Made by a program: the position numbers and the translations under genes. A stretch of 64,000 nt of DNA from an uncultured Chloroflexia bacterium (lineage in GTDB: Bacteria; Chloroflexota; Limnocylindria; Limnocylindrales; CSP1-4): positions 64,001 through 128,000 of the forward strand of contig CAVQJC010000020.1 in NCBI GenBank assembly GCA_963712745.1, read 5' to 3'. Shown piece by piece: positions 8,504 through 18,730 of this stretch; within the stretch, counting starts at the first letter, position 1, and each line of letters starts with the position of its first letter. The notes below the pieces were generated by a model. That model did not search any database, had not been told where the DNA came from, and saw only the letters and a program-made list of their open reading frames with translations.

Positions 8504-9510
8504 GGGTGGCCTCCGTTCTCAGGCTCTGAACTTGCCAGGAGCGCTGCACCGGTGGCCGCTGCGAACGGCCCGATGATGTCCCGACGCAGTGGTGGCAACT
8601 GGCGCTCGCGGGCATAGGGCCAGCGGCTCCGCAATTCCCGTTCAGCGTGCGGCAGGAGCCAAGCGCCCGCGGCGTGCCCGAAGCCACCGGAGATGAGGAC
8701 GATGCCGGGATCAAGCGCCACGCACAACGTGAGGATGGCGCGGCCGAGCATGGCTCCGCCATGCGCCAGCAGGCCCGCGGCCCAGGGGTCACCACCCCCG
8801 GCTGCAGTGACGATCGCACGGGCCGAGTACGGCTGGGATGCACCGATGGCTGTCAGACGGGCCTGCGAGTCCGGCGGGGGCGGCGTCAGCAGCGCCGACT
8901 CGGCTACCCCGCGACCCGACGCGAACTGCTCAACGCAGCCCGTTGCTCCGCACAGGCAGATGCGCTGATCGGCAAAGTCCACCGCCACGTGTCCGAATTC
9001 GGCTGCGTAGCCGTTCTCCCCGAGGACGATCCTGTCGCCCACCATGATCGACCCGCCGATACCGGTTCCGAGCGCAAGCAGTAGCGAAACCCGGGGCTGG
9101 CTTCCGGCACGTTCACCGTCCACTCCGTCGCCCATCCGAGTCACCAGCCGCATGTGACCGTAGAGCGCAGCGTTGGCGTCGTTGACCACGATCACCCTAC
9201 GCCCGAGTCGGGCCGCCAATCGTGGTCCCAGGTCGAGATCGACGGCGCGGAGCGTGGGCGAACGGACCAGTGTGGAACGGTCCCTGCTTACGAGACCCGC
9301 GACCGCGACGCCGAACGCGCTCACGTCGGCAGCATCCAGCGCGTGTTCGGCCAGCAGTGCTCTGGTGGCTGCGAGCACGATGTCCGTCAGTTCATCGGCT
9401 TGCCTGTCGATGTGCTCGGCCCAGGACCGTCCGAGCATCCTGCCAGCCTCGTCGACGAGCGTGACCGCACACTTCGTGCCACCGACATCGACACCCACGA
9501 AGTAGGTCAT
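8500..9510 (-). CDS. ROK family sugar kinase
   Basis: GVDVGGTK, NDANAA, GTGIGG, EFGH, CLCGATGCVE; ATGA overlap with the upstream gene. Confidence 0.9.
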   Translation of the reverse strand: MTYFVGVDVGGTKCAVTLVDEAGRMLGRSWAEHIDRQADELTDIVLAATRALLAEHALDAADVSAFGVAVAGLVSRDRSTLVRSPTLRAVDLDLGPRLAARLGRRVIVVNDANAALYGHMRLVTRMGDGVDGERAGSQPRVSLLLALGTGIGGSIMVGDRIVLGENGYAAEFGHVAVDFADQRICLCGATGCVEQFASGRGVAESALLTPPPPDSQARLTAIGASQPYSARAIVTAAGGGDPWAAGLLAHGGAMLGRAILTLCVALDPGIVLISGGFGHAAGAWLLPHAERELRSRWPYARERQLPPLRRDIIGPFAAATGAALLASSEPENGGHP

Positions 9511-10331
9511 CTGATCGGGACCGCGTCTGCAGCCTGCTGAGCAAGGAACTCCTGGACCGTCGAGCGTGCCAGGGCCGCGTACACGGCCGGGTCGGCGTCG
9601 CGAGACGGCAACTCCGAAAGGCGCGACCCAGATATGCGTCGGTGCCATTCATGAGCCACCGCGCGAGGGTGCAACGGATCGTTCCGCGCCGCGACGATCA
9701 GCGACGCCGGCGGGTGCGGGAAGCTCTCGTCGGGCGTGAAGGCGGTCCAGGTCGCACCCTCGGCGAGCCTCAGGGCGCGTTCGGCGGCCTGAGCGGAGGT
9801 CACCTTGTCGCGGAGACTGGCCGCCGCCCGCGCCGAAGCCGCGGTGACCTCCCGGTACTCGTCACTGGCGAGCAATCGGCTGAGGGCATGCCTCGGATCC
9901 TCACGCAGGTAGGCCGCGATCGACGCATTGACGCGAAGGTGCTGAGCCGGCGCGGATCCGTGGGCGGGACGGATGAAGACGGCTGCCACGATGTCGAGGG
10001 AGGCGTGTCGTACGAGCTCCAGGGCCACGGTCGCCCCAAGCGAGATGCCCAGCACGAGCAGGCGCCTGGAGCCCAGGCCCAACTGCTGGATGAGTGCCTC
10101 CACATCAGCACCGAGCTGAGTCGGCGTGAAGTCCTCCGGTTCTCCGAGGAACTCGGTCTCACCATGGCCGCGCAGGTCGGGAGCGAGCAGGCCGGCCTGA
10201 GGCACGTCGAAGCCTTCGAGATACATGCGTGGCTGGTCCCTGCTGGCGCTGAGACCGTGCAGGGCAACGACCAGTCCGGATCGATCCTCTCCCAGCAGGG
10301 TGAACGCGGCAGCGTCGACGTATCCGGACAC
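9507..10331 (-). CDS. Alpha/beta-fold hydrolase
   Basis: LHG, PDLRGHG, GISLG nucleophile elbow, DPLHP. Confidence 0.8.
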   Translation of the reverse strand: MSGYVDAAAFTLLGEDRSGLVVALHGLSASRDQPRMYLEGFDVPQAGLLAPDLRGHGETEFLGEPEDFTPTQLGADVEALIQQLGLGSRRLLVLGISLGATVALELVRHASLDIVAAVFIRPAHGSAPAQHLRVNASIAAYLREDPRHALSRLLASDEYREVTAASARAAASLRDKVTSAQAAERALRLAEGATWTAFTPDESFPHPPASLIVAARNDPLHPRAVAHEWHRRISGSRLSELPSRDADPAVYAALARSTVQEFLAQQAADAVPIR

Positions 10332-10443
10332 CTAGGACACCGACCGGGTCAGTCGATAGTGCCGGACCACCAGGCACTCCGCGCCGGACACGAGCACCGA
10401 GAGCCCGATCTCGAGGGCGAGGCAAGCGTGACAGCTACGCCGG

Positions 10444-11414
10444 TCATCCACGTCGGTCGCTTCCATCGAGCAAGGACACGACCTCGCTCCGGGTCGGCAT
10501 CGCGGTCGAACAGGCTCGACGAGACGCCACGATGGCGCCAGCTGCGCTGGCGAAACGAAGCATCTCCGTGAGGTCAAGGCCGGAGAGTAGGCCATGACAG
10601 AGCGCGCCGCCGAAACCATCGCCCGCCCCCAGTCCATTGACCACGTCGATCGGTAGCGCAGGCATGGCGACCCGGCGCGTCCGGGTCTTGGCCAGGACCC
10701 CAGCCGGACCCAACTTGATGATCGCGAGCTCGACCCCTGCCGCCAGCAAGGCGTCGGCGGCCCGGTCGGGTTCCGACTCCCCGAGTACCACCTCACACTC
10801 ACCGAGGTTCCCGACCACCACGGTCACCCGACCTAGTGCCCGACGGCCCTCGGCTCGCGCCCGGTTCGGGGAATCCCAGAAGGTCGGGCGATAGTCGAGA
10901 TCGAGCACCGTGAAGCCCGAGCGGCCCCTGGCGCGCCAGGCGGCATGGTGGGCCGCGCGACTTGGATCTCGTGACAACCCCGATAATGTCGCCCAGTACA
11001 CCCCGGCTGCAGCGATCGCATCAAGGTCCAGGTCACTCGCCTCGATCAGCAGGTCGGGAGGATCTGGCTGCGGAAGAAGTAGAGCGGGAACTCGTCTGGA
11101 GGGAAGAGCTCGCAGAAGGCCAGCGTCGTGGTCGTGCCAGGAACCTCGGAGACGAAGTGGTCGAGGACCCCGAGGCGTCGGAGTTCGCGATGGACGAAGG
11201 ACGCGAATGGATCGGTCCCGGTTCGCGTGATGACCGCCGCCCGGTAGCCGAGACGCGCAGCCGCGACAGCAACGTTGGTCGGACTCCCGCCGAGGTACCG
11301 ATGGAATGACTCGACACGGTCCAGCGCGATGCCGTCATGGTCGGGATACAGATCGATGCCGACGCGGCCGATGGCCAGGACATCGAGCGGCGTTCGCGTA
11401 GTGGATCCAGCCAT
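10444..11414 (-). pseudogene. iolC: 5-dehydro-2-deoxygluconokinase (PfkB family), 1-nt frameshift near 11067
   Basis: N-half GRVGIDLYP/LGGSPTNVA/PPDEFPLYF and C-half DLDYRP/NGLGAGDGF lie in different frames; restoring one C gives a continuous RSPDPPDLLIE sequence. Confidence 0.85.
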
Positions 11415-11608
11415 CTATCTACCCCGATTCCGTACCTACGCTCGCTTCGAGCGGAGACCGGGCCTGCCCGTCTGTGACACCATGGAGCGATGCGAAGCGG
11501 GTACTACAAGGCCAATCACGCTGCTCCCATCCCGGGCCGCATCCCCAGGCAGCGGCTGCCCCGGCCGCGGGGATGGGCTGTGCCGTTGCGAGAGACTGTG
11601 GGTATGCG

Positions 11609-12349
11609 ATGAATGACATCGAGCAGATGAATGACATCGCCGCACTGGCCTTCGACACGGGGGGCACGGTCTTCGACTGGCATTCCGCGGTGCATGAAGG
11701 TTTCAAGCGACAGGGTGAGCTTCGCCACGTCGACGCGGATTGGCCTGCGCTGACCAAGACCTGGCGTCGGCTGTCGACCGGCATGGTCCATGCAGGTCTC
11801 CCACAGCAGGGCGGGCGCGCGACCCTGGACATGGATGACGTGCTGGCGGTGACGCTGGGGGCCACGCTCGAAGAACACGCCGTCACGGGCTTCGGGCCTG
11901 ACGATCTTTCGCAGCTCACGCTCGCATGGCGAGCGATGGCGGCGTGGCCAGACGTGATCAACGCGCTGCCCTGCCTGCGGCAGCGTTTCGTCGTCTCCCC
12001 GTTCACTATCCTCACCACGGCGCTGGTGATCGAAGCGTCGCGTCGCTCGGGGCTGACATGGGATGCGGTCATCTCATGCGAGATGATCGGCGTGTACAAG
12101 ACACATCGCACGACCTACGAGACGGTCGCCCGCTGGCTGGATCTGTCGCCCCATGAGATCATGCTGGTCTCGACGCACAACGATGACATCGAGGCCGCGC
12201 GAGCCTCTGGCATGCGCACGGCCTTCGTGTACCGGCCTGACGAGTGGTGGGACATCCCATCGCTCGATCCCGAACCCGGCGACGCGGCCGAGCTGGTGGC
12301 CGCCGACCTGAACGATCTTGCCCGCCAGCTGGGGCTGGATCCACCCTGA
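11609..12349 (+). CDS. Haloacid dehalogenase type II (HAD)
   Basis: FDTGGTVFDW, AWPD, GVYK, H..D..AA..GM.TAFV.RP; start at 11609 or 11627. Confidence 0.87.
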   Translation: MNDIEQMNDIAALAFDTGGTVFDWHSAVHEGFKRQGELRHVDADWPALTKTWRRLSTGMVHAGLPQQGGRATLDMDDVLAVTLGATLEEHAVTGFGPDDLSQLTLAWRAMAAWPDVINALPCLRQRFVVSPFTILTTALVIEASRRSGLTWDAVISCEMIGVYKTHRTTYETVARWLDLSPHEIMLVSTHNDDIEAARASGMRTAFVYRPDEWWDIPSLDPEPGDAAELVAADLNDLARQLGLDPP

Positions 12350-12408
12350 ACTCGGGCTGCGCAGCAAACCCTTGCACGGACCCCTGCTGCGGGGCATCGC
12401 GATGACGG

Positions 12409-13986
12409 TCACGTGGCGCGCCTTGGGCTGACGGCGGCATCGCCGTCCTTCGTCTTGGTCGTGGTGCCGGCCTCCGTGGCGAGTGCGTGCACGACCTTCT
12501 TGGTGTTCGTGTAGAGCGCACGATAGAGCTGATAGTTGGGTTCGTATCGCTCCGACCGCCGTGGGTCCGGCTCGACGCGATCGACGATGCGAACCCATGA
12601 GTGGCCGTCCCCGGAACCCTCATCGAGGAGGCCGACCGCAGTCGCTGCCAGGTACGCATCGCCATAGGCGGCCCCGGTCGAACGATCCGGTATCTCCTGT
12701 ACCAGCCCCGTCACATCAGAGACGATCTCCAGCCAGAGACGGCTGGCGGTGCCGCCACCGACGGCGACCGTTCGCCGAGGAACCGTGCCGCTATCGATCA
12801 TCGTCTCGAGATTGTGGCGGATGCCGAACGCCGTACCCTCGAGGATGGCTCGGTACACGTCCCCACGACGATGCGACAGACTCAAGCCAGCGATGACGCC
12901 GCGGGCCTTGGCGTCGTTGAACGGGCTCCGCTCCCCGCTGAAGTACGGCAGGAGGAGGAGGCCGCGAGCGCCCAGCGTCAATTCCTCGGCTTCGAGCGAC
13001 AGCTGCTCGTACGCCGCACCAGCGTCGAGAGCCCCACCGATGGGGAATTCGCGGGCGAACTGCTCGCGACACCAAGTCGTGATCGAACCGCTCGTCGAGA
13101 GCGCCGCGGTCAGCACGTACTCGTCAGGCCACGAACCGCGTGTGACCCACAATGGCCTGGCGGTCTGAAAGCCGTCGAGCACCAGGACGAGCGCAGACGT
13201 GCTGCCGTAGGAGAGCATCAGGTCGCCCGATCGGATGACGCCGGCGCCGACGGCCTCGGCCGCACCGTCCGTCGTCCCGGCCAGGACTGGCGTCCCGGCT
13301 GGGATGCCAGTGGCAGCGGCTGCGCTGCGCGTCACCGGACCGACCACCTCGCTCGGCCAGCGTAGCGGCGGTAGCAGGTCGGCCCGAACCAAGCCGTCGG
13401 CAAACCTGAGGTCCCAACGGGCTCGGCGCAGATCGTAGAACGGAGCGAAGTACGAGGCGTTGTGATGATCGGTCGAGTATTCGCCTGTCAGCCGCAGAAC
13501 GAGGTACCCGGCCGCCGTCATCAGCCTGGAGGTCCGGCTCATCACATCCGGCTCATTCTCGATCAGCCACATGATCTTCGGTCCAGCCGCCTGACTCGTC
13601 ATGTGCGTGCCGCTCAGACGAGCGATGGCGGCTCTGCGGCCGTGCTCGAGCCTTGTCAACTGGTCGTCGGCCCGGTTGTCAGCGCCGTACAGGATGGCCG
13701 GACGAAGCGGACGGCCGGACCGGTCAACGGGGAGCAGGCACGGACCGATGGCGCTCAGACCCACGGCCGCGATCTTGATCCCGGGGGGCAGGTTCTCCAT
13801 GAGCTGGCGACTGAGTGCCCTGAAGTCATGCCACCAGACAGCATCGGCGTCGTGCTCCAGCCTGCCCGGCCCAGGCATCGAGACACCGTGCTCGACACGC
13901 GCCTCCGCGAGGAGGACACCATCGGGGGTACACGCGACACCCTTTGAGCTGTATGTCCCGATGTCGATGCCGATCACTGCATCCAT
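12409..13986 (-). CDS. FGGY-family carbohydrate kinase
   Basis: GIDIGT, PKIMWL, LPYFSGERSP, RAILEG, VGGG. Confidence 0.92.
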   Translation of the reverse strand: MDAVIGIDIGTYSSKGVACTPDGVLLAEARVEHGVSMPGPGRLEHDADAVWWHDFRALSRQLMENLPPGIKIAAVGLSAIGPCLLPVDRSGRPLRPAILYGADNRADDQLTRLEHGRRAAIARLSGTHMTSQAAGPKIMWLIENEPDVMSRTSRLMTAAGYLVLRLTGEYSTDHHNASYFAPFYDLRRARWDLRFADGLVRADLLPPLRWPSEVVGPVTRSAAAATGIPAGTPVLAGTTDGAAEAVGAGVIRSGDLMLSYGSTSALVLVLDGFQTARPLWVTRGSWPDEYVLTAALSTSGSITTWCREQFAREFPIGGALDAGAAYEQLSLEAEELTLGARGLLLLPYFSGERSPFNDAKARGVIAGLSLSHRRGDVYRAILEGTAFGIRHNLETMIDSGTVPRRTVAVGGGTASRLWLEIVSDVTGLVQEIPDRSTGAAYGDAYLAATAVGLLDEGSGDGHSWVRIVDRVEPDPRRSERYEPNYQLYRALYTNTKKVVHALATEAGTTTKTKDGDAAVSPRRAT

Positions 13987-14014
13987 GTGGCTGCCGCCTC
14001 CCAGGCTTGCAGGA

Positions 14015-15004
14015 CTAGCTCACGGGCTCGCCGAGGGTCCGCAACGCTGCGCGCACGAGGTCCGACTCGCCCGGCAGGTACTCATCGATGAGCACCTCCC
14101 CGAACGGGATCGGCGCCCACGCGCCGCCAAGCCGCTGTATGGGCGCATCGAGGTAGCCGAACGCCTCCTCTGCGACGGATGCGGCGATCTCACCGCCGAT
14201 CCCACCGAAGACCGGCGCCTCGTGAACGACCACGAGGTGGGCCGTCTTCACCACCGACTCGACGATGGTCTTGACGTCGAGCGGCAGGACCGTGCGGATG
14301 TCCACCACCTCCGCGCTGACGCCGCGGTTGGCGAGCGTCTCCGCCGCGCTGAGGGACCGATCGACCATGGCCCCCGAGGCCACGATGGTGACGTCATCTC
14401 CGCGACGCTTGACGTCGGCTCGGCCGATGGGCACGAGGAACTCGGCGTCTGGCACTTCGCCCTTCTTCCCGTAGGTCTGTTTGTGCTCGAGGAAGATGAC
14501 CGGATCGGGCGAGCGGATGGCTGACTTCAGCAATCCCAGGAGGTCATACGGCGTCGAGGCCATCACGATCGTCAGGCCGGGGACATTCGTGAGCCACGAC
14601 TCGACCGACTGCGTGTGCTGCGCTCCCCAACGTGCTCCGGCCCCATAGGTCATGCGGATCGTCAGCGGCGCACTGACCTCGCCGGCGGAAAGGAACCTGG
14701 CCTTCGCCGCCGAATTGACGATGCCGTCCATCGCGATGGTGGTGAAATCCGCGAACATGATCTCGAGGATCGGACGCATGCCCATCATCGCGGCGCCAAC
14801 GGCGATCCCGGCCAGCGCCAATTCGCTGATGGGTGTATCGAAGACCCGCTCGGGCCCGAATTCATCGAGGAGTCCACGCGACACCTTGAAGACTCCGCCC
14901 GGCTCCGCCACGTCCTCGCCGAAGAGGAAGACGCGTTCGTCCCGCTGCATCTCTTCCCGGATCGCGCGCTGCACGGCATCGCGGTTCGTGACCACACCCA
15001 TCAC
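14015..15004 (-). CDS. 2-oxoacid/acetoin dehydrogenase E1 beta subunit
   Basis: GEDV, DTPISE, EIMFADF, AQHTQS, PVIFLEHK, LDAPI; may start at the GTG/ATG overlap. Confidence 0.92.
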   Translation of the reverse strand: MMGVVTNRDAVQRAIREEMQRDERVFLFGEDVAEPGGVFKVSRGLLDEFGPERVFDTPISELALAGIAVGAAMMGMRPILEIMFADFTTIAMDGIVNSAAKARFLSAGEVSAPLTIRMTYGAGARWGAQHTQSVESWLTNVPGLTIVMASTPYDLLGLLKSAIRSPDPVIFLEHKQTYGKKGEVPDAEFLVPIGRADVKRRGDDVTIVASGAMVDRSLSAAETLANRGVSAEVVDIRTVLPLDVKTIVESVVKTAHLVVVHEAPVFGGIGGEIAASVAEEAFGYLDAPIQRLGGAWAPIPFGEVLIDEYLPGESDLVRAALRTLGEPVS

Positions 15005-16035
15005 GTGCCCTCCCGCGTGGCCTCGGCAGGCGCATACACGTCTCGGTAGAGCTCGGCCGGATCAGGTGTCGGACTCTCCTCGGCGAAGCGCACCGCCGCG
15101 GCGATCTCTTCGTCGACTTCACGCCCGATTCGCTCAGCCAGCTCGTCATCGAGCAGCTCGCGTCGCTGGAGTTCTCTCCGCAAGAGCGTGATCGGATCCT
15201 TCGCGAGCCAGGACTCGACCTCGCCCGCGTCGCGGCCTTCGGTCGGCGGATGACTGGATGAATGACCGCGCTGGCGATAGGTGATGCACTCGATGAGGGT
15301 GGGCCCCCCGGCTGATCTCGCGCGAGCGACGGCATCGGCCACCGCGTCATGGACCACCAGCACATCATTGCCATCGATGGTCGATCCCCCGAAGCCGTAG
15401 CCTTCAGCCCGCATCGACAGGCTGGGACCCGCGAAGTGCTTCTCGATGGGAGTGAACTCCGCGTAGCCGTTGTTCTCGATGATGTAGACGATCGGAAGGC
15501 GGAAGACCCCCGCGAAATTGAGGGCCTCATGGAAGTCCCCTCGCTGAGCTGCGCCGTCGCCGAAGAAGCAGACGGCGACACTATCGCGAGCCTGCATCTT
15601 GAACGCGAGCGCGGCTCCGGTCGCTACGGGGATCGAACCGCCCACGATCGCGCTGCCCAGCATCACGCCCGACGAGGGCGCGGCCATGTGGTGAGCAGTC
15701 GCCTTGCCGTTGGCGGCGCCGGTGGCCTTGCCCAGCATGCCTGCCAGGAAGTGGCGCGGCGAGACGCCCCTGACGAAGTAGGCGCTTCGCGTTCGAAGCG
15801 ACGGCAGGATGACGTCGTCGGGTCGCAAGCCATAGCAGGCTCCGACCCCGATGGCCTCCTGTCCCTGGCTACCGTGCAGTGACTCGACAACGACCCCCGT
15901 GGACCACAGTTCCTGCGCTCGATCCTCGTAGGCGCGAGTCAGGACCATCCAGCGGTACATCTTGAGGAGGTCAGCCTCGGTGAGTGCGTCGGATGGCCGC
16001 TGGCCGATCGCCGGAGGTCCTTCGTGTGCCGTCAT
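15001..16035 (-). CDS. 2-oxoacid/acetoin dehydrogenase E1 alpha subunit
   Basis: GQEA, TPP motif FFGDGA...ENN, TYR..GH. Confidence 0.92.
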   Translation of the reverse strand: MTAHEGPPAIGQRPSDALTEADLLKMYRWMVLTRAYEDRAQELWSTGVVVESLHGSQGQEAIGVGACYGLRPDDVILPSLRTRSAYFVRGVSPRHFLAGMLGKATGAANGKATAHHMAAPSSGVMLGSAIVGGSIPVATGAALAFKMQARDSVAVCFFGDGAAQRGDFHEALNFAGVFRLPIVYIIENNGYAEFTPIEKHFAGPSLSMRAEGYGFGGSTIDGNDVLVVHDAVADAVARARSAGGPTLIECITYRQRGHSSSHPPTEGRDAGEVESWLAKDPITLLRRELQRRELLDDELAERIGREVDEEIAAAVRFAEESPTPDPAELYRDVYAPAEATREGT

Positions 16036-17219
16036 CCGCCTTCTTCGCCCATCGCTTCGAGCCGGCGTTTGACGTCAGCAAGGAACGATACGGCGTCCGC
16101 CCCGTCGACCGCCCGATGGTCGTAGCTCAACGAGAGGTACATCAGTGTGCCGACCTCGACGGCCCCCGCGCGGACTACCGGGGCCTCCGCCACGCGACCC
16201 ATGCCCAGGATGGCGACCTCCGGCACGTTCACGATCGGCGTGAAGAACAGCGAGCCGTAGGTTCCCGAGTTGGTCAGCGTGAAGGTCGATCCGGTCAAGT
16301 CCTCGGGCTTGATCTCGTTGCCGCGAGCGGCCGAAGACAGACGCTCGATGGCCGACGCGAGCTCCGCCAGCGAGAGCCGGTCGGCGTCCTGGATGACCGG
16401 GACGACGAGCCCATCATCGCGGGCAACGGCCACTCCCAGGTTGATGTGCTGATGCCGGAAGAGCCGGTCCTCCTGCAGCGTCGCGTTGAGCGCCGGGAAG
16501 GCGACCAGGGCACGCGCCACAGCCCAGGCCACGAAGGCCGTGAAAGGCAGGCGCGAGGCCTGGCGGTGCGTCGCTACGGAGCTCATGTCGACATCGATGA
16601 CCGTGGTCACGTCGGCGACGGTTCGCCGACTCAACGCAAGGCGCTCCGCGATCCGCCTCCGAGTGCCGATGAGGGGAACCTCGGTGACTCCCGCGGCGGG
16701 TACCCCACGGTTCGATCCTGCTCTGGCGGCGGCCCGCACATCCGCTTCGGTGACAAGGCCACCCGCCCCGCTCCCGCCGACCTTGGCGATGTCGATACCG
16801 AGTTCGGTAGCAACCCGTCGAGCGGCCGGTGACGACGGTTGCCGGCGACCGCCGCCAGGCGATCGCGTCGGTGTGCTGTCACTCATGGCCGAGGCACTCT
16901 CCGGGCTCGGCGCGACCGGCGCTGCCTGCGAGTGCGAGCCACCGGTGGCCGCGGCAGGCTCGGTGGCTGGCAGCTCCTCGTCTTCGCCGGCGATGATGGC
17001 CAGGACGCTGCCGACCTCCGCATCGTCCCCGACCTGGGCCAGGACGCGGCGCAACACGCCCGAAGCCGGAGCCTCGACGTCCACGTTGGCCTTGTCGGTC
17101 TCGACGACCAGGATCGGTTCCCCCTCGTCGACCGCATCGCCTTCGTTCTTCAGCCACTCCACGACCTGCCCTGTCTCCATGTCCTGCGACAGACGTGGCA
17201 TCAACACCCGTTGACTCAC
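16032..17219 (-). CDS. Dihydrolipoamide acyltransferase E2
   Basis: Lipoyl ETDKA, E3-binding SPAARR..GSG.GG.V, DHRAVDG; GTG start after GAGGAG. Confidence 0.92.
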   Translation of the reverse strand: MSQRVLMPRLSQDMETGQVVEWLKNEGDAVDEGEPILVVETDKANVDVEAPASGVLRRVLAQVGDDAEVGSVLAIIAGEDEELPATEPAAATGGSHSQAAPVAPSPESASAMSDSTPTRSPGGGRRQPSSPAARRVATELGIDIAKVGGSGAGGLVTEADVRAAARAGSNRGVPAAGVTEVPLIGTRRRIAERLALSRRTVADVTTVIDVDMSSVATHRQASRLPFTAFVAWAVARALVAFPALNATLQEDRLFRHQHINLGVAVARDDGLVVPVIQDADRLSLAELASAIERLSSAARGNEIKPEDLTGSTFTLTNSGTYGSLFFTPIVNVPEVAILGMGRVAEAPVVRAGAVEVGTLMYLSLSYDHRAVDGADAVSFLADVKRRLEAMGEEGG

Positions 17220-17265
17220 CAGATGGACTCCTCGCTGCTCTCCGCCGACGCCATACCGCGCCAGC

Positions 17266-17330
17266 GCGCAAACGGTTCGCGAAACGTTTCTGGAAGTATA
17301 GCCCGAGGCCATTGGATGGTATAGGATGGC
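17266..17330. promoter_or_regulatory. Divergent promoters with tandem LacI-type operator
   Basis: GCGCAAACGGTTCGC plus the perfect palindrome GAAACGTTTC (17281-17290); -10-like TATACT (minus) and TAGGAT (plus). Confidence 0.6.
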
Positions 17331-17384
17331 CGGCGGAGGTTTGGGCATGGGCCCAGTCACTGGCAGTAGCCCAAGGAGGAGAAG

Positions 17385-18620
17385 ATGAGATTCAGGTCAG
17401 GCACATCCATCGCGTTGGCCTCGGTCCTCGCGTTCGCGGGAGCTGTGAGCGCAGCGGACTCCGGCGAAAGCATCGACTACTGGTACTGGCAGGACGACGT
17501 CACGGATACGACCATCCAGGACCTCGCGGACCAGTTCGAGCAGATCAACGGCATCACCGTCAACATCCGCGACTCCGTCGCTCAGCCGCAGTTCTACGAC
17601 AGCCTCGTCAACGCCATCGCGGCCGGCAACGCACCCGATGCGACCCACCTGAACACGAACATGTTCGGCCAGCTGCTCCAGGCCCAGATGCTCGAGCCGC
17701 TCGACGGCTACATCGAGGGATGGGCAGCCAAGGACGACGTCATCCCCAGCATGTGGGACTTCGTGACCAGCCCGGACGGCTCGACGATCTTCGCGATGCC
17801 CAACAAGTTCCTCATGTTCTATCTGTACTACCGTTGCGACCTCTTCGAGGCGGCAGGCGTCGAAGTCCCCACTACGCAGACCGAGTTCGTGGAAGCCGCT
17901 GCGGCGCTCACCGATCCAGAGAACGAAACCTGGGGCTTCGATATCCGAGGCGGGCCCAACGGCCAGGACCAGTGGGCAGCCTTCCTCGTCGCGGGTGGCG
18001 CGCGCTTCCTCGATGAGGACGGGAACGTCGCCTTCGACAGCCCCGAGACCAAGGCCTCGAACGACCTGTACATCTCGACCTATCCGTCCGCGCCGCCAGG
18101 GGCCGTCAACGATGGGTTCGCGCAGATCATCGCCAACTTCCAGTCAGGCACGGCGGCCATGATCATCAATCATCTGGGTGCAGCCAAGACACTGGAAGCC
18201 AGCAACGGCGACCAGGTCTGTGTCGCGCTCATCCCGTCGGCGACCGGCGACCCCAGCCAGACGACGTACATGGGCACCATGAACGCGAACGCGGTGCTGG
18301 CTGACAGCGACTCCAAGGATGCTGCCTTCAAGTGGATCGCATTCCTGGCAGAGCAGCAGCCGCAGCTCGCCATCACGCAGTCCACCAACGGCTACCTGCC
18401 GGTGGTCCAGTCCGTGGCCGGTGATCCCCGGTTCGAGGACGATCGCTTCTTCCAGATCTCTGTCGAGGCCGCGCAGAACGTGGTCACGGCCTGGCCGGCG
18501 ATCCCCGGGACCACCGAGGCCACGCAGAAGACGTGGCAGCCACTATTCCAGGGCGCCTTGCTCGGCGAGAACGACAATAACGCCGTCGTGGAGGGGGTCG
18601 CAGAGACACTGGCGCAGTAA
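17385..18620 (+). CDS. Carbohydrate ABC transporter substrate-binding protein
   Basis: Signal peptide, AGNAPD, YYRCDLF, F.SG.AAM; SD AAGGAG. Confidence 0.9.
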   Translation: MRFRSGTSIALASVLAFAGAVSAADSGESIDYWYWQDDVTDTTIQDLADQFEQINGITVNIRDSVAQPQFYDSLVNAIAAGNAPDATHLNTNMFGQLLQAQMLEPLDGYIEGWAAKDDVIPSMWDFVTSPDGSTIFAMPNKFLMFYLYYRCDLFEAAGVEVPTTQTEFVEAAAALTDPENETWGFDIRGGPNGQDQWAAFLVAGGARFLDEDGNVAFDSPETKASNDLYISTYPSAPPGAVNDGFAQIIANFQSGTAAMIINHLGAAKTLEASNGDQVCVALIPSATGDPSQTTYMGTMNANAVLADSDSKDAAFKWIAFLAEQQPQLAITQSTNGYLPVVQSVAGDPRFEDDRFFQISVEAAQNVVTAWPAIPGTTEATQKTWQPLFQGALLGENDNNAVVEGVAETLAQ

Positions 18621-18670
18621 CCCGACCCTACAAGTGCAAACCTGATCGGGATGACCGATCGTAGCCCTGC

Positions 18671-18703
18671 CGCCCCGCCGCCGGAGTCACCGGAGGCGGG
18701 GCG
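18671..18703 (+). terminator. Intra-operon stem-loop after the substrate-binding protein gene
   Basis: CGCCCCGCC...GGCGGGGCG inverted repeat. Confidence 0.5.
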
Positions 18704-18730
18704 ACTCCCTCTCGATATCCACGATGTGAC

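Noticed and set aside
10332-10447. In-frame read-through or small ORF between iolC and the hydrolase
   Set aside because: No recognisable homology or SD in any frame
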